Shown: positions 51,399 through 63,248 of the stretch, piece by piece | How positions within the stretch are numbered: position 1 is the first letter of the stretch | Layout: every line of letters begins with the position of its first letter | Translations under genes and position numbers: made by a program | The notes under the pieces: generated by a model | Told to the model about the DNA's origin: nothing | The model's input: the letters and a program-made list of their open reading frames with translations, nothing else | The model's database searches: none | From: Podarcis pityusensis | Taxonomy: Eukaryota | Reading direction: 5' to 3' (one strand) | Assembly: GCA_964106645.2 (NCBI GenBank) | Contig: OZ067039.1 | DNA length: 64,000 nucleotides

Positions 51399-51632
51399 CA
51401 GTGGTACCTCTGGTTACATACTTAATTCGTTCCGGAGGTCCGTTCTTAACCTGAAACTGTTCTTAACCTGAAGCACCACTTTAGCTAATGGGACCTCCCG
51501 CTGCTGCTGCTCCGCCGCCCACGATTTCCGTTCTCATCCTGAAGCAAAGTTCTTAACCTGAGGTAATATTTCTGGGTTAGCGGAGTCTGAAGCGTATGTA
51601 ACCTGAAGCGTATGTAACCCGAGGTACCACTG
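51399..51632. mobile_element. Tc1/mariner (Tigger-like) MITE
   Basis: TA-CAGTGGTACCTC...GAGGTACCACTG-TA, with a near-identical copy at 62858-63083. Confidence 0.88.
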
Positions 51633-54600
51633 TATACCAATGTTTTCAGCAACAAACCATGAGCAGTTTACAAAAATTATAGAGTGGAATTCAGCATTGC
51701 ACTAATACAATTGTTCCTTCAGTGCAAGCATTTTTGCTTGCCAGATGGAACAATCTCTCCTCTCCTTCCCCTGCATGCTGTTCTAGGGGGTCTCCCAGCC
51801 CCACAGAGTATATCTGGGAGAGAAGCAGGGGGAAGCCCCATTGTGCAAGCATAAGTCCCTTTGCTGGCTTCCCCTGACATGCTGCGTTAGTGGAAGCCAG
51901 CTAAAAAAACCAAACCAAAATGCAATAACTATAATAGATGTCAAATAAATATCAGAATGCAATAAATACATTTTTAAAACCACCATTTAAAACAGCAAGT
52001 TGGAACTGAGTGCAATAGCATTCTCAAACAGACCTGTGTAACCAGCTGATATCTTGGGAAGCCTTTGAAGCATCCAGCAGACGGAGCTTCTCAGATCTTT
52101 TTTGGGCGAGTGTTCCAGACGGTTGGTGCTATAACTGAAAAGGCCCATTTCTGCAAGGTTTCCAGATGGTACGGCCAGCAGAGTCTCCTCTGATGAGCAT
52201 AAAGTTTGATTTGGCCGATAGCAGGGAAGGCAGTCTGCTCGGTACCATAATCCCAAGTTGGTTGGGTCTTTATATGTCCATAATAAAACTTGGAACTTAA
52301 CTCAGTCGCAAATAGATGGCAGCTGCAGATCCTTAAGAACCAGTGTCATACATGGCCCAGCTAGATGTACCAGTCAGTAGTCACAGCATTCTGCACTAGC
52401 TGCAGCTTCCAAACCAACCAATAGAGTTTAATATTTAATGTGCCTAATATGGTGGGGTAGGAATGTTAAGGTGGGACTTTACTTCTCAGCAATGACAGGT
52501 GGCTTTTGCTTATCAATTGCAAGTGGTCCTTAGAATAATTTTTTTTAAGTATTCTGTTGAGGTCTTGTAGCATGCTAGTCAAGTATTTGCATTTCAACGA
52601 TTGCTTAGTAGATTGGATAAAAAGCCAGAACATTAATCAGCTAACGATCTTTAATCAGTTGGCAGTCCAGCTTCTACTCCACTTGCACGTGAACAGGTCA
52701 ATAGGTCATCCCGCGCAATGTTTGCTGTCACTGGAATTGAGCACATCAGCGCTGCCCTGCTGCCAACTGGCGAGCAATGGAATTGGGCAGCTATGAGGGA
52801 TGTGGTCGTGCTGCTTAGCTCATTGGACTGTCCTACAACCAAAGCTCCTGCTCACCATGGGGAATGCAACGACTTGGCCATCTGAGTAGGAAAAGTATAA
52901 CTGAGGCAAATCACTGCTACTATAGTTTTAGAGTCTTAAAACTGCTTAGAATAGCAGCAGGGAGGTATTTTAATGGCCCTCCAGATGCTGCTAGACTCCC
53001 TACTCTCATCAGTCCGAGCCAGCATGGTCAATAGTCCTAGATGATGTAGTCGAGTGACATCTAGGGAACCAAAGCTTAGCCACCCCTGCCTTAGACTGTC
53101 CTAGCAAGGTGCGCTTGAAGTTGGGGAACAAGCAATAGTGGAGGGCATAGCGGGTCTTTGCTAGAGCAAATTCAGTGTCCTCCAGTAGGTGAAAGGAGCA
53201 TAGAAGGAAATGCTTGCTAGCCAGGTTCTCTCCTGACGTCACTTGGGAACCATGGGAGCTGCCTTACACCAAGGCAGATGATTGTTTTTGCACAGGCAGC
53301 ATCCTAAGGGTTTAAGACTGGAGGTGTTCCCAGTCCTACCTGGGAAAGCTGGGGGTGGAACCTGAGACTAAAGCAGATGCTGTACCAATGAGCTACAGCC
53401 CTTTCCCAAGCAAGAACCAACAACCATTGGCAAACATGGGCAGGTGAGCAAAGCAGATGAACTCAAAACCTAGGAGAGTTGGGGTAGCTTTCAGCCCTGT
53501 TCCACAGCATGCTGTTTGTTTGCTGGAGAATGTGAGATGCTCCCAGAGGCCTCCGACCCCATTCCCTGACCAAGTTTACTTCACCCAGTTTGGCCTCTGT
53601 GAGTCTCAGTTCTGCTCCTGCTATGTGCCCCTCTTCCCTCCCTCTCTGCCGCAGTCACTTCCGATGTCCCGAGACACCCCAGCTGCGGGAACCATTCTTA
53701 GCCTTTCCGTTCACCCAGAGGAGCAGCTGAGCCCTTTGTTGGGGCCGGGGGTGGCTTTAATTTCTCTTCCACTCTTTTGAGCAAACAAAAGTGCCAGAGG
53801 AACATCTCCTTGGAAGCTGGAGCCCTGTTTAATTTGCAATGATCATGGGCTTGGAGTGGCCCAAACTTAGTTCCAGGGCAAGCAAAACAAAAGATTTCCT
53901 TTCTATCACAGCTTTATGCTACAGAACAGAATCTCTGAGATTTTTTTTTAAAGCAATTTGGCATTCTTAGGCATGTTAACTGTTGTATTATTGATTAATT
54001 GATGGAGTTTATATATCACCTTTCTTCCAAAAATATTGATATAAAAAACAACAGGGTTTGGTTTTTGCTGCCCAACTCCACATGGGACTCTGAGTCCCCT
54101 AAGTCCATGATCAGTCAGAGAAGAATGGATGGAGGCAGGATTCAGTGGAAAGCAAAACATAATTTTCTTGGCCCCGCATCACCATCACACTTTGCATAAG
54201 CAACTGCAATATAATTACCATCTGATTAAAAGGATTAAGACAAAACAGGTGACGTTGAGCAGCACCGGGGTCTGGTTAGCCATGAGGTCAGAGTGCTGTC
54301 CGAAAGCAGCCTTTGAAGCATAGGGTTTGATGGCATCCACTGTGCTTTCTGCCTCAGTCCAATTTGGAGAGAGGTCAGAAGCAGCAGGAGCTAGTGTGTT
54401 GTTGTTTTCTAAAGTGCTATCTCTTTCTGCTTAGAAAATTCTTGTGTGCAGAACTTAGCCTCCCCCCCCCCACTCCCCATACACACTCTCTCACTAATGA
54501 GCCCCAGCTATTCATTGCTATGATGCACCAAGCATGTGTTCTCTCCCCCAGCTCCCAGTATGATGGCTCAGCTGGTCTCCAGGGGAAGCTAAGTAACTCA

Positions 54601-55953
54601 GAGGCTGTCCTCACACGAAAACATTACCACTCTCTGGACACTGAGCAGACACCTCTGCCCTTTGCTGCCATCCTCTAGGAAGCCGAACTGTCTTCCTAGA
54701 CCTTTCCCCTGCATGTCTTCCTGAGCAGCGAGGCAGGTGTCCCCGAATCCCAACTCAGTGCTCATTTGCTACCAAGATGTAGCACAGTATCTAACAGGCT
54801 ATCGGCTGACTTAGCACAGCACTAAATGCATTTCCCTTTCCCCCAGAGGCTGGTGGAAAAGGGCAGCATATTGAGAGATCCTTCTTAAAAGGAATTAACA
54901 GGCACCCTTTCACTGGGCAGGGGGTGATGCGAGGAGGGCACAGCTCAGATCTAGGACCACATTTCCAAAGCTGTTGTCAACACTCTCATTACCTAACTCC
55001 CCAGCCATACAAGGGATTTGTGGTCTCTATTACTGCAGCTAATGTGATAAGCTCCCTTTCTTTTGACAGGCTCATCAGCAATAACCAGTTCAGAGCATGA
55101 TTGTAATGGCCCCATCCAATTACCGAGGGTCAGTCACTAAAAAATGGCACTGGGGGACTAAGTGGTATTTCTTTAAAGTGTTGTTAAAGGCGAGCATTCG
55201 GAAAAAGCTTGCACAGACAATTTTTTTTAAAAAACTGGTGCTTGATTACTTGCTCTGTAGTATCTCTTAGAAGGGCCTACTTGCAGCAGGTGGGGAGGGT
55301 TCAGAGGGAGAGGGAGAGACAGAACAAATGAGAATGTGGACTACAGCCTTTATCCAAGATCCCATGTAGGATGCTCTGTGGCTCAGTGGGATTTTCTTCT
55401 GTGGATATCCTGGTGTTACCTGCATTTTTCATGCCTTAAAAGTGCCCACTGAACAGAGGGCTCTGGAATTGAGACACAGGTAACACCTCCACACATACCC
55501 TTCTTCTTCTGTCTCTTGTTGCATTAAAAATGCACTCCAGTTCCCATCCGTGCCAGCCAGAAGGGCCAGGAATTATGAGTTGTAGTCCAACAATATCTGG
55601 AAAACCACAAGTTAGTTCCCCATCCCTGGAATTTCTGTTGTTCATGCTGCAATATATATATAGAAAGAACAGAGATCTGTCCTTATTTTTCTGCACACAT
55701 TCTGCAAAGTTACCCCCCAAAATATTTCAGGAATCTGCACACATTTCTTCTAAGGGTGTCCCCCCTCCACCCCGCCCACCCATTTCAATTTATTCTTTGG
55801 AAGCCAAGCTGCCCTGTTTTGATTAACCATCTCATCTATTTCTAATGGGGTTGTTATCCTCCCACCTATGAAGGATAGCTTGTGTTGCCTCCAGGAAGGC
55901 CCTGTCTGAGGCAGAGCTCATGTGTCTAGAATTGCATGTGAGTAATGACAAGT

Positions 55954-56315
55954 GACGCTGGTGGTGCTGTGGTCTAAACCACTGAGCCTAGGGCTTGCTG
56001 ATCGGAAGGTCGGCGGTTCAAATCCCCACGACGGGGTGAGCTCCCGTTGCTTGGTCCCTGCTCCTGCCAACCTAGCAGTTTGAAAGCATGTCAAAGTACA
56101 AGTAGATAACTAGGTACCACTCTGGTGGGAAGGTAAATGGTGTTTCTGTGTGCTGCTCTGGTTTTGCCAGAAGCGGCTTAGTCATGCTGGCCACATGACC
56201 TGGAAAAAAACTGTCTGCGGACAAACATCAGCTCCCTCAACCAGTAAAGCGAGATGAGCGCCGCAATCCAAGTCATTCCCAACTGGACTTAACTGTCAGG
56301 GGTCCTTTACCTTTA
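55954..56315 (+). mobile_element. Sauria SINE (near full length)
   Basis: Same family as 45394-45706, retaining the B box GGTTCAAATCCC and a CCTTTACCTTT tail. Confidence 0.85.
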
Positions 56316-57357
56316 TTTAATAACCACAGCATATGACTAAGGGCCTGAGGCCTGACATCACCACCAGTGGCTAGGGTTGTTTGTCCTGCTTATACGGGAA
56401 GTGGATTTTTTATATATATAAAAAACTGGATCACACAAGAGTATACATACCTACGGCAAGGCAGTATCAGTAGCTTTTGGGCTGTTGTGAACTGGGTTGC
56501 TTTTATAATGCCTTTTGAGTCTTTGTTCCACAGTTCCCTTCAATTATTGCAGTGGCTTCTTTGAGGCATATGTGCCTGAGAAATACAGCAGCTTTGAATG
56601 GGACGGAGGAAAAGCCACCAGAGAGTGTGCTCGCCCTGTGGCACACAGGGGAAGGAGAAGGCAAGGAATGAGAGAAATGAAACCCACAAAGTAGGTCCGC
56701 ACATCCCTGGAATTCAGGAATGACCATGTGAGGAAACTGCCTAGCAACTCCAGAATTAATGGTCTGGAACTTAAGAGTGTGCCATCATGACCTTGCTCAG
56801 AGTCACCAGATAGATTTAATTCCATAGCCTAGATCTCCCAGTAGCAATGCACAATCTCTCAAATCTCATCAGCTGTCAAAAATGGCACTGGTAACCAGAG
56901 GAGATAAGAATTCCCCCTGTAGAATCAGCATCCTGCTTCCAACAGCGACCAACTTCTCCAACAATTCTATAGCGCCGCCACTCTACACACAAGGAAATAA
57001 AAGCAACTTCCACTCATAATAATTGTTGAGCACAAAACTAACAATGTGAATTGTTTTCAATGTACATCTGAACTTTCCCCAACATTGTAGGATTCAAGGG
57101 ATGGAGTAGGGACAGCATCCAATCTCCCACCCAAATTAAAATAACAACTTCCCAAAAGTAGATATACATATATATATTTAAAAAGATCTGTGTAGCTATT
57201 TTGTGCGCAGAGACAAACCTATAGAGTGTATGAACACAAGTGGAAGATTTTTGTTTATTTGAAGAACAGTTTTATTTCTTTTTATTTCATTCATTCATTC
57301 ATTCATTCATGCTTGCTTGCTTGCTTGCTTTCTATAAAACACACACCTAGCAATGAT

Positions 57358-57479
57358 TCTAGTTACAGGTAGGTAGCCGTATTGGTCTGCCGTAGTCAAA
57401 ACAAAATTTAAAAATTCCTTCCAGTAGCACCTTAGAGACTCTAAGGTGCTACTGGGAGGAATTTTTAAATTTTGTTTCG
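57358..57479. mobile_element. Penelope-like element terminal fragment forming a fold-back hairpin
   Basis: GTAGCCGTATTGGTCTG...CCAGTAGCACCTTAGAGAC resembles reptile Penelope pLTR sequence and is followed by its own inverted copy. A 13-bp direct repeat ACCTAGCAATGAT lies at 57345-57357 and 57480-57492. Confidence 0.65.
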
Positions 57480-58919
57480 ACCTAGCAATGATGTCAATCA
57501 AGAAACGAAACATACCTTCTCATTACTATCATTTGTATTCAGAGACACACTGCCTCCAACAGTGAAGGTCGAACATAGCCATCATGGCTGGTAGCGTTGT
57601 TCTCCACAAATTTATCCAATTCCCAGAGCGGTTCAACAATCCCTCTTCCCAGAAAACCCTGGGATTGTAGCTCTGTGAAGGGAATAGAATTAACAAACTA
57701 CAGTTCCCAGGATTCTTTGGGAGAAGCCATGACTGCTTAAAGTGGTATGATACTCTTTTAAATGTATAGTGCAGACAGGGCCCAAGTATATGTTGTCTAC
57801 TATCCACATCTATATGCTTGTCGACACTCTCAAATGATTCCAAAAGATCAGTAAAACAGAACTTCCCTTTGCAGAAGCCAGTCTAATTCTTCTGTGCCAA
57901 CACTTGCTCTTCTTTATGTTTACTAAGTCTATTTTTAATAACGCCTTCCAGCAATTTATCAAGGCCAAACATTAGGCTAACTGGCCTGTGATTTCCTGGC
58001 TCGCTGCCCTCACCCCTTTATAAAAATTGGTGCTGCGCTGGCTTACTTCCAGTCATCTGGTAAAGATGCTTATTTTAGTTACAAATCTGTTTCTGCAAGA
58101 TGCATTTCCAGAGGGAGGTATCCATGTATTACCATCACAAATGGGTGGCGTCAATGCTAAATGGAAAGGAAGAAAGGAGGAAGAGACCACAAAATTTGAG
58201 CTTGAAATTAACATGCATTAATTGTCACAACTGATATGCTATGGAGGAGGCAGGTGGGCTCTCCCCCCACACCCACTGCAACAGAAATATTGCCAGAAGA
58301 AAAAAGATATCCACATATTTAATGTTTCAGACACCTTCCCTCAGGTGTGAACATCTTTTTTCCAACCAGATGTCCTGCATAACACCTGGATAAGGCAGGT
58401 GCAATCATGGGCACAGCCAGGATTTTTGTTAGGGGGCAGGCCTTTTGTGGGGGGAGGGCAGAACCTCAGTTAGCTATGCTTTTTATTTATTTAGGGGATG
58501 GAGCTGCCCCTCCCTGCCCATGGGTGCAACTAATGCACTAAAAATTGAGTCTGGAAAAAGCCCTAAAGCAGAGTTGGTGTCTTACACAGATGTTCTCTTT
58601 TCCTTAACAATTCAGACCACAAGGCTGATCTGCTTAACTTTCTTCAAGGCCTATTAGGTATGGAAGCAGACTTCCAGACCTCACCATAAGCCCATCTGAT
58701 TCATCCAGGGGTTTCCCAAACTTGAGTCTCCAACTGTTTCTGGACTACAATTCCCACCATCCCTAACCCCGGTCCTGCTAGCTAGGGATGATGGAAGTTG
58801 TAGTCCAAAAACAGCTGGAGACCCAAGTTTGGGATACAACGGCATTCATTAGTGAGAGGAAGGCCTTGAGCTTGATGACCGCCTGACCCTTTGCCCCCTT
58901 TTCCCGATGCCACTCAAAG

Positions 58920-59474
58920 AGTACACGCGTCCCAGGAACAGGATGGCGCCCCCTGACGCGAGGCCCTGGGAAGCATGAGGCGGCCTGAGCCTCGGCTGCC
59001 GACCTCCCCCGAAGTTGGGGGGAGGGAGAGGAAGGAGGAGGTGGTCTGCGCAGCCCTCCCTGACACCTCCAAGTCTCGCTTTCCTTTTGCGCGTCAGCAG
59101 CAGCAACGGCGGGTGAAAACTTGCGACTCCGGCCGGAGAGAAGGTCCCTTTCTGGAGAGCTGCTTCCCTGGCGCGAGGAGAACGCGGCGCCCCTCCGGCT
59201 GCCCGCCCGCACCTGCTGCTCCGCGAAGAGGCTCGGCCGCTGTCTCCTCCTCCCCTCCCTCCCTCCGGGCGCCCACCCCCCAGCTCGCCGGGCCCTCCCC
59301 CCGAAGCCGGTCTCTGAGGCTGCATTGAGCCGCGGCTCTGGCAAAAGTTTTGAGCGGAGCGCCAGCGCTCAGGAGCCGGCGCAGAGCGACCCCTTGGCGG
59401 GGAACTTCCTCGACCCTTTGCCCGGCTGCGATGCGCCCGACGGGGAACGCCGAGAACTGAAGCCACACAGGCAG
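58920..59474 (+). other. GCGR: CpG-island promoter and non-coding first exon of the next gene, probably glucagon receptor (coding exons not seen in the window)
   Basis: CpG island at about 58920-59920 with a strong donor CAG|GTAGGT at 59474/59475. The identity is inferred only from the conserved order HGS-MRPL12-SLC25A10-GCGR and from GCGR having an untranslated exon 1. No GCGR coding sequence was recognised. Confidence 0.5.
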
Positions 59475-59684
59475 GTAGGTCTGGGCCGGCGGCTGAGGGA
59501 AGAAGGAGGGCTGCCGTCTTCGCGGGTTTTTCCTTTTCCTTTGGTCACGTCGAGGGGCGCGAGCGCGTGGCGGGGAGATCCCTCAGCCGGTTCCAGGGGC
59601 ACCGAAGGCGCTTTCTCTGGGCTCGCTGAGGGCGGCGGTGTGGAAGGGGGCTCTCCCCCCCTTCTTCTCCCCGTCAGCCTCGGG

Positions 59685-59774
59685 CATAGCTGTCAACGTT
59701 TCCCTTTTCTTGCGAGGAATCCTATTCGGAATAAGGGAATTTCCCTTAAAAAGGGGAAAACGTTGACAGCTATG
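59685..59774. mobile_element. 90-bp hAT-type MITE inside the CpG island
   Basis: TIRs CATAGCTGTCAACGTTT / AAACGTTGACAGCTATG with an 8-bp TSD GCCTCGGG (59677-59684 and 59775-59782). Confidence 0.9.
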
Positions 59775-60789
59775 GCCTCGGGTTCCCCGCGGTGAACGGG
59801 ATGGAGCTGAGCACATGCAACAGCCAGCCTCGTCCCTGCCTTGCGCCCCGGGGAGGCGAGGCGACAACGGCCTCGGTCCGGGGCGTCCACACGGCAGCCG
59901 AATATAGCGGGACAGCTTTGTCGAGGGTTAAAGGAAGGGACTTCTGGAGAGCTCCGTTGGTTAGAACGTGGTGCTGGTAACAGCAAGGTCTCAGGTTCAG
60001 TCCCCATATGGGACAGCCATACATTCCTGCACTACAGGGTGGGGAATTGGGCTAGTTGATCCTTGGTGTCCCTTCCAACTCTACAGTTCTATGATTCTGC
60101 AACTGTTAAAAGGGGAGCAGCGTCCTCTCCCGAGAGGTCAGGGACCCGCATTGAAGCCAAGTATATAGTCAACTTTGGCACAATTTCTAGCAAGCCTGTT
60201 AGAATATGCCACACGCCACCCAGTTTGCCTTGCTGGCTTGCTCGTCTGTGGTAAGGTTGCCATATTTCATAAAGTAAAAAAACAGGACACCCCGAAAGAC
60301 ATCAATTCTGCCTTTGTAATGTCCTGGGAAATCCGGACATATAGCAGCCCTTGTCTGTGGACACACAGGGTAATCCTTGACCAGATAACCACACACACAC
60401 ACACACGTCAGTCAGGGACCCCTTTAGCTACTTCTTAAGAGCAATACAATTTTTCTCCCTTCCCAAGAGCAAACAGTATCAGGTATGACTTCCAACTCCC
60501 CTTTGATCAACAACGGCTGCAGCAAAACGAGATGACCCCAAATTACTCTGCCAAATAAAGAATGCTTGAAGGTAACCAGGAGTGGTTTCCAGGTGGAAGG
60601 GCTGTGAGCTCAGTTCATTCTGGTACTCCAAATTAATTCCCTGGATCTGAATTATTTAATGCTACACTGACTCCACTTGGTGGATCTTGTGGGTTCCCGT
60701 TAAACCACCACCACCACCAAGCACATCCTGCAAGCCTGAGGTCTGACCAGCCCTGAAATAGATAGTGCCTTGTTCTCTAGTCCACAGTT

Positions 60790-60900
60790 CATGGGCATAG
60801 CCAAGGGGGTTCAGGGGGGCAGCTGTCCCCCATGATCAATAAAAATATTTAACTAACTAAGGTTCTGCCCCCCCTAACAAAAATCCTGGCTACGCCCATG
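60790..60900. mobile_element. hAT-type MITE (inverted relative at 58406-58522)
   Basis: TIRs CATGGGCATAGCCA / TGGCTACGCCCATG with an 8-bp TSD CCACAGTT. The copy at 58406-58522 has TSD GGTGCAAT/GGTGCAAC. Confidence 0.85.
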
Positions 60901-61159
60901 CCACAGTTTTTTGATGCCCTTTGCTTTGAAAACCCAAACAGGAGAATTGCATCAGTTGCACAGGGAACCTCTGGATTTTGGGAAGAGAAAGTGTGGGGCA
61001 GTAGTAGTTGGAGAACACTGCATGGATGAGGGGGAATGAAAGGAGGCACAAAGGGGTTCACAAGTCACATTAAGCCAAGGCATGGAAGGGGCCACTGAGA
61101 AAGGGGGCACGTATACCCACCATGGAGTTGTGCCTATGGCTAGGCGTGTGTGTGTGTAC

Positions 61160-61244
61160 CATAGCTGCCAACTTTTTTCTTGCAAGGAATCCTATTCAGA
61201 ATAAGGGAATTTCCCTTTAAAAAATGGAAAAGTTGACAGCTATG
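61160..61244. mobile_element. 85-bp hAT-type MITE, same family as 59685-59774
   Basis: CATAGCTGCCAAC...GTTGACAGCTATG, same core GGAATCCTATTC.GAATAAGGGAATTTCCC, with an 8-bp TSD GTGTGTAC. Confidence 0.9.
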
Positions 61245-62857
61245 GTGTGTACACACACACACACACATATATATACATAGACACAGTACATACAGTTCCT
61301 CTTCTGCCCTGCTTCTCCGCCTCCTCCATGCTGCCCTCTAGTATCACATCACAGGGCTATGTTCTTGTCTCCTGCCCACAGCCTCCTGCAGACACCCAGC
61401 CACACAATCAGTCACGTAACACCTAGCAGAACCTGAACCTAATTAATACTAATGGCAATCTGCTATGTGTGCAGGAGAAAAGGTGGCAGAGGGGAGAGTG
61501 TGTGTGCCTGTAGAATGGACAAACACATGCCCCGTGTGAACTGTAACCCAAAGGTGAAAAAAACAACTCCGGAGACGACAGCCAATTGGTTTAAAAAATT
61601 CTTTTATTTTATGCATGACTGGGATAGCTCAGTTGGTTAGAGCAGGAGACTCTTATGCTCTGGGTGGTGGGTTCGAGCCCCATGTTGGGCAAAAAGATAC
61701 CTGCATTGCAGGGGGTTGGACTAGATGACGCTTGTGGTCCCTTCAAACTCTATGATTCTAAGGAAGAAACGGAATTGGAATGGCCACTTTTACAATATAC
61801 AACCCGAGGCACAGGATTGTTTGTTTTAATGTGTTACGCACTGTATTGCAAAATCACAAAACGTCCATATGAAAATCTCTGGTTAATGTGACACACTGCT
61901 AAACAACAAACAGATCTGGAAGCCCAGCAGGTTCAATGAATACTGAACTTAAGCTTGGTTATACCCATCTCTGCAAAAGTGGGGTGAACATTGGCGCACA
62001 AAGCATAAGGGAGATTAATAATGTATACTGGTCCAGTTACCCATTCAGGCAAATCTGTCCTAAACGCTTGGCATGTGCGGTATAATCCTACATTGGCAAC
62101 TTGGGGAAGTTAGGAAGGATAAGTAGAAGGAGTTTCCCCTACAGATGTTGTTGTTGTTCAAATAGGAGGTGTTAAAAATGGTATCCAGTGTATAAATGAA
62201 CTTCTAAAGATTTATATTTAGGAATGGATTGGTTCAGAGTCCACCCTACCCTGCTTGGGATTACTGTTAACGTTATTGCTGTAAACACACGATCTCATGC
62301 AAAACTCACTAAATTGCCTATACCAAGAGTAGTGTGTGGCACTCACCAAGGTAGGATAATTGCAGGACACCAGATATAACAATCCCAAGCAAGCCTGACT
62401 TTTGCCTTTCTCTTGCTACGATGGACAGCGTTGGGTTAACTGCCTTGCTTTGGGTACATTGCTGGTGAGGACAGAATTGCAGCCTGTGGGGATCTGGCTC
62501 CTCCAGTGTCACTAGTGAGGCAGGATAGGAACCAAAAGAGACTTGTAGCAGCAGTCATGGCAGCCTCTTCGTCTGTGCACGAGGAGTAGAAATCGCTTCC
62601 TATTGGCTTTCAGGGTTAGTTCTGACCTCTGATCAAACCCAGAACAGCAGTGGGGTTTAGGTAACAGCCCCGCTTCTCGCTAGATTCAGTTTCCCTTGTT
62701 TGAGTGTGACGACATGTACAGCAAATTCTTGGAAAAGCTGCATGGGAGCAGACAGTCTCCCTTTAATTAACCTCTTGGTTCTATGTCATGGAATGGAGCA
62801 TTGAGATGACCTTTCTTAAAATGCCTTGCAGGAATCACTCCTCCTTGCTGCATGATA

Positions 62858-63083
62858 CAGTGGTACCTTGGATTAAGAACTTAATTTATTCTGGAGGTCC
62901 GCTCTTAACCTGAAACTGTTCTTAACCTGAAGCACCACTTTAGCTAATGGGGCCTCCTGCTGCCGCTGCGCTGCCGCTGCACGATTTCTGTTCTCATCCT
63001 GAAGCAAAGTTCTTAACCCAAGGTACTATTTCTGGATTAGCGGAGTCTGTAACCTGAAGCGGCTGTAACCCGAGGTACTACTG
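62858..63083. mobile_element. Tc1/mariner (Tigger-like) MITE, second copy
   Basis: TA-CAGTGGTACCT...AGGTACTACTG-TA, with internal sequence shared with 51399-51632. Confidence 0.88.
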
Positions 63084-63228
63084 TATAGTCCTCAGCTCCG
63101 ACCCCATCCCAGTATGGTCCCATCAGGTGGAACTGACAGCACATTTTGTGACTATTTCTGCTTCTATCCACAGAGATGGATTTGAGGGAGTGTGACTGGT
63201 TCAGTTGCACTGGGCACAGAGCCTTGGG

Positions 63229-63248
63229 GACACCGCAGGGGGCGCTGC
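63229..63248 (+). promoter_or_regulatory. Candidate CTCF binding site
   Basis: GACACCGCAGGGGGCGCTGC closely matches the CTCF core consensus. Confidence 0.5.

Noticed and set aside
58778-59795. 188-224-aa ORFs on both strands
   Set aside because: Low-complexity Arg/Gly/Pro frames typical of a CpG island, running through MITEs, with no class B GPCR sequence.
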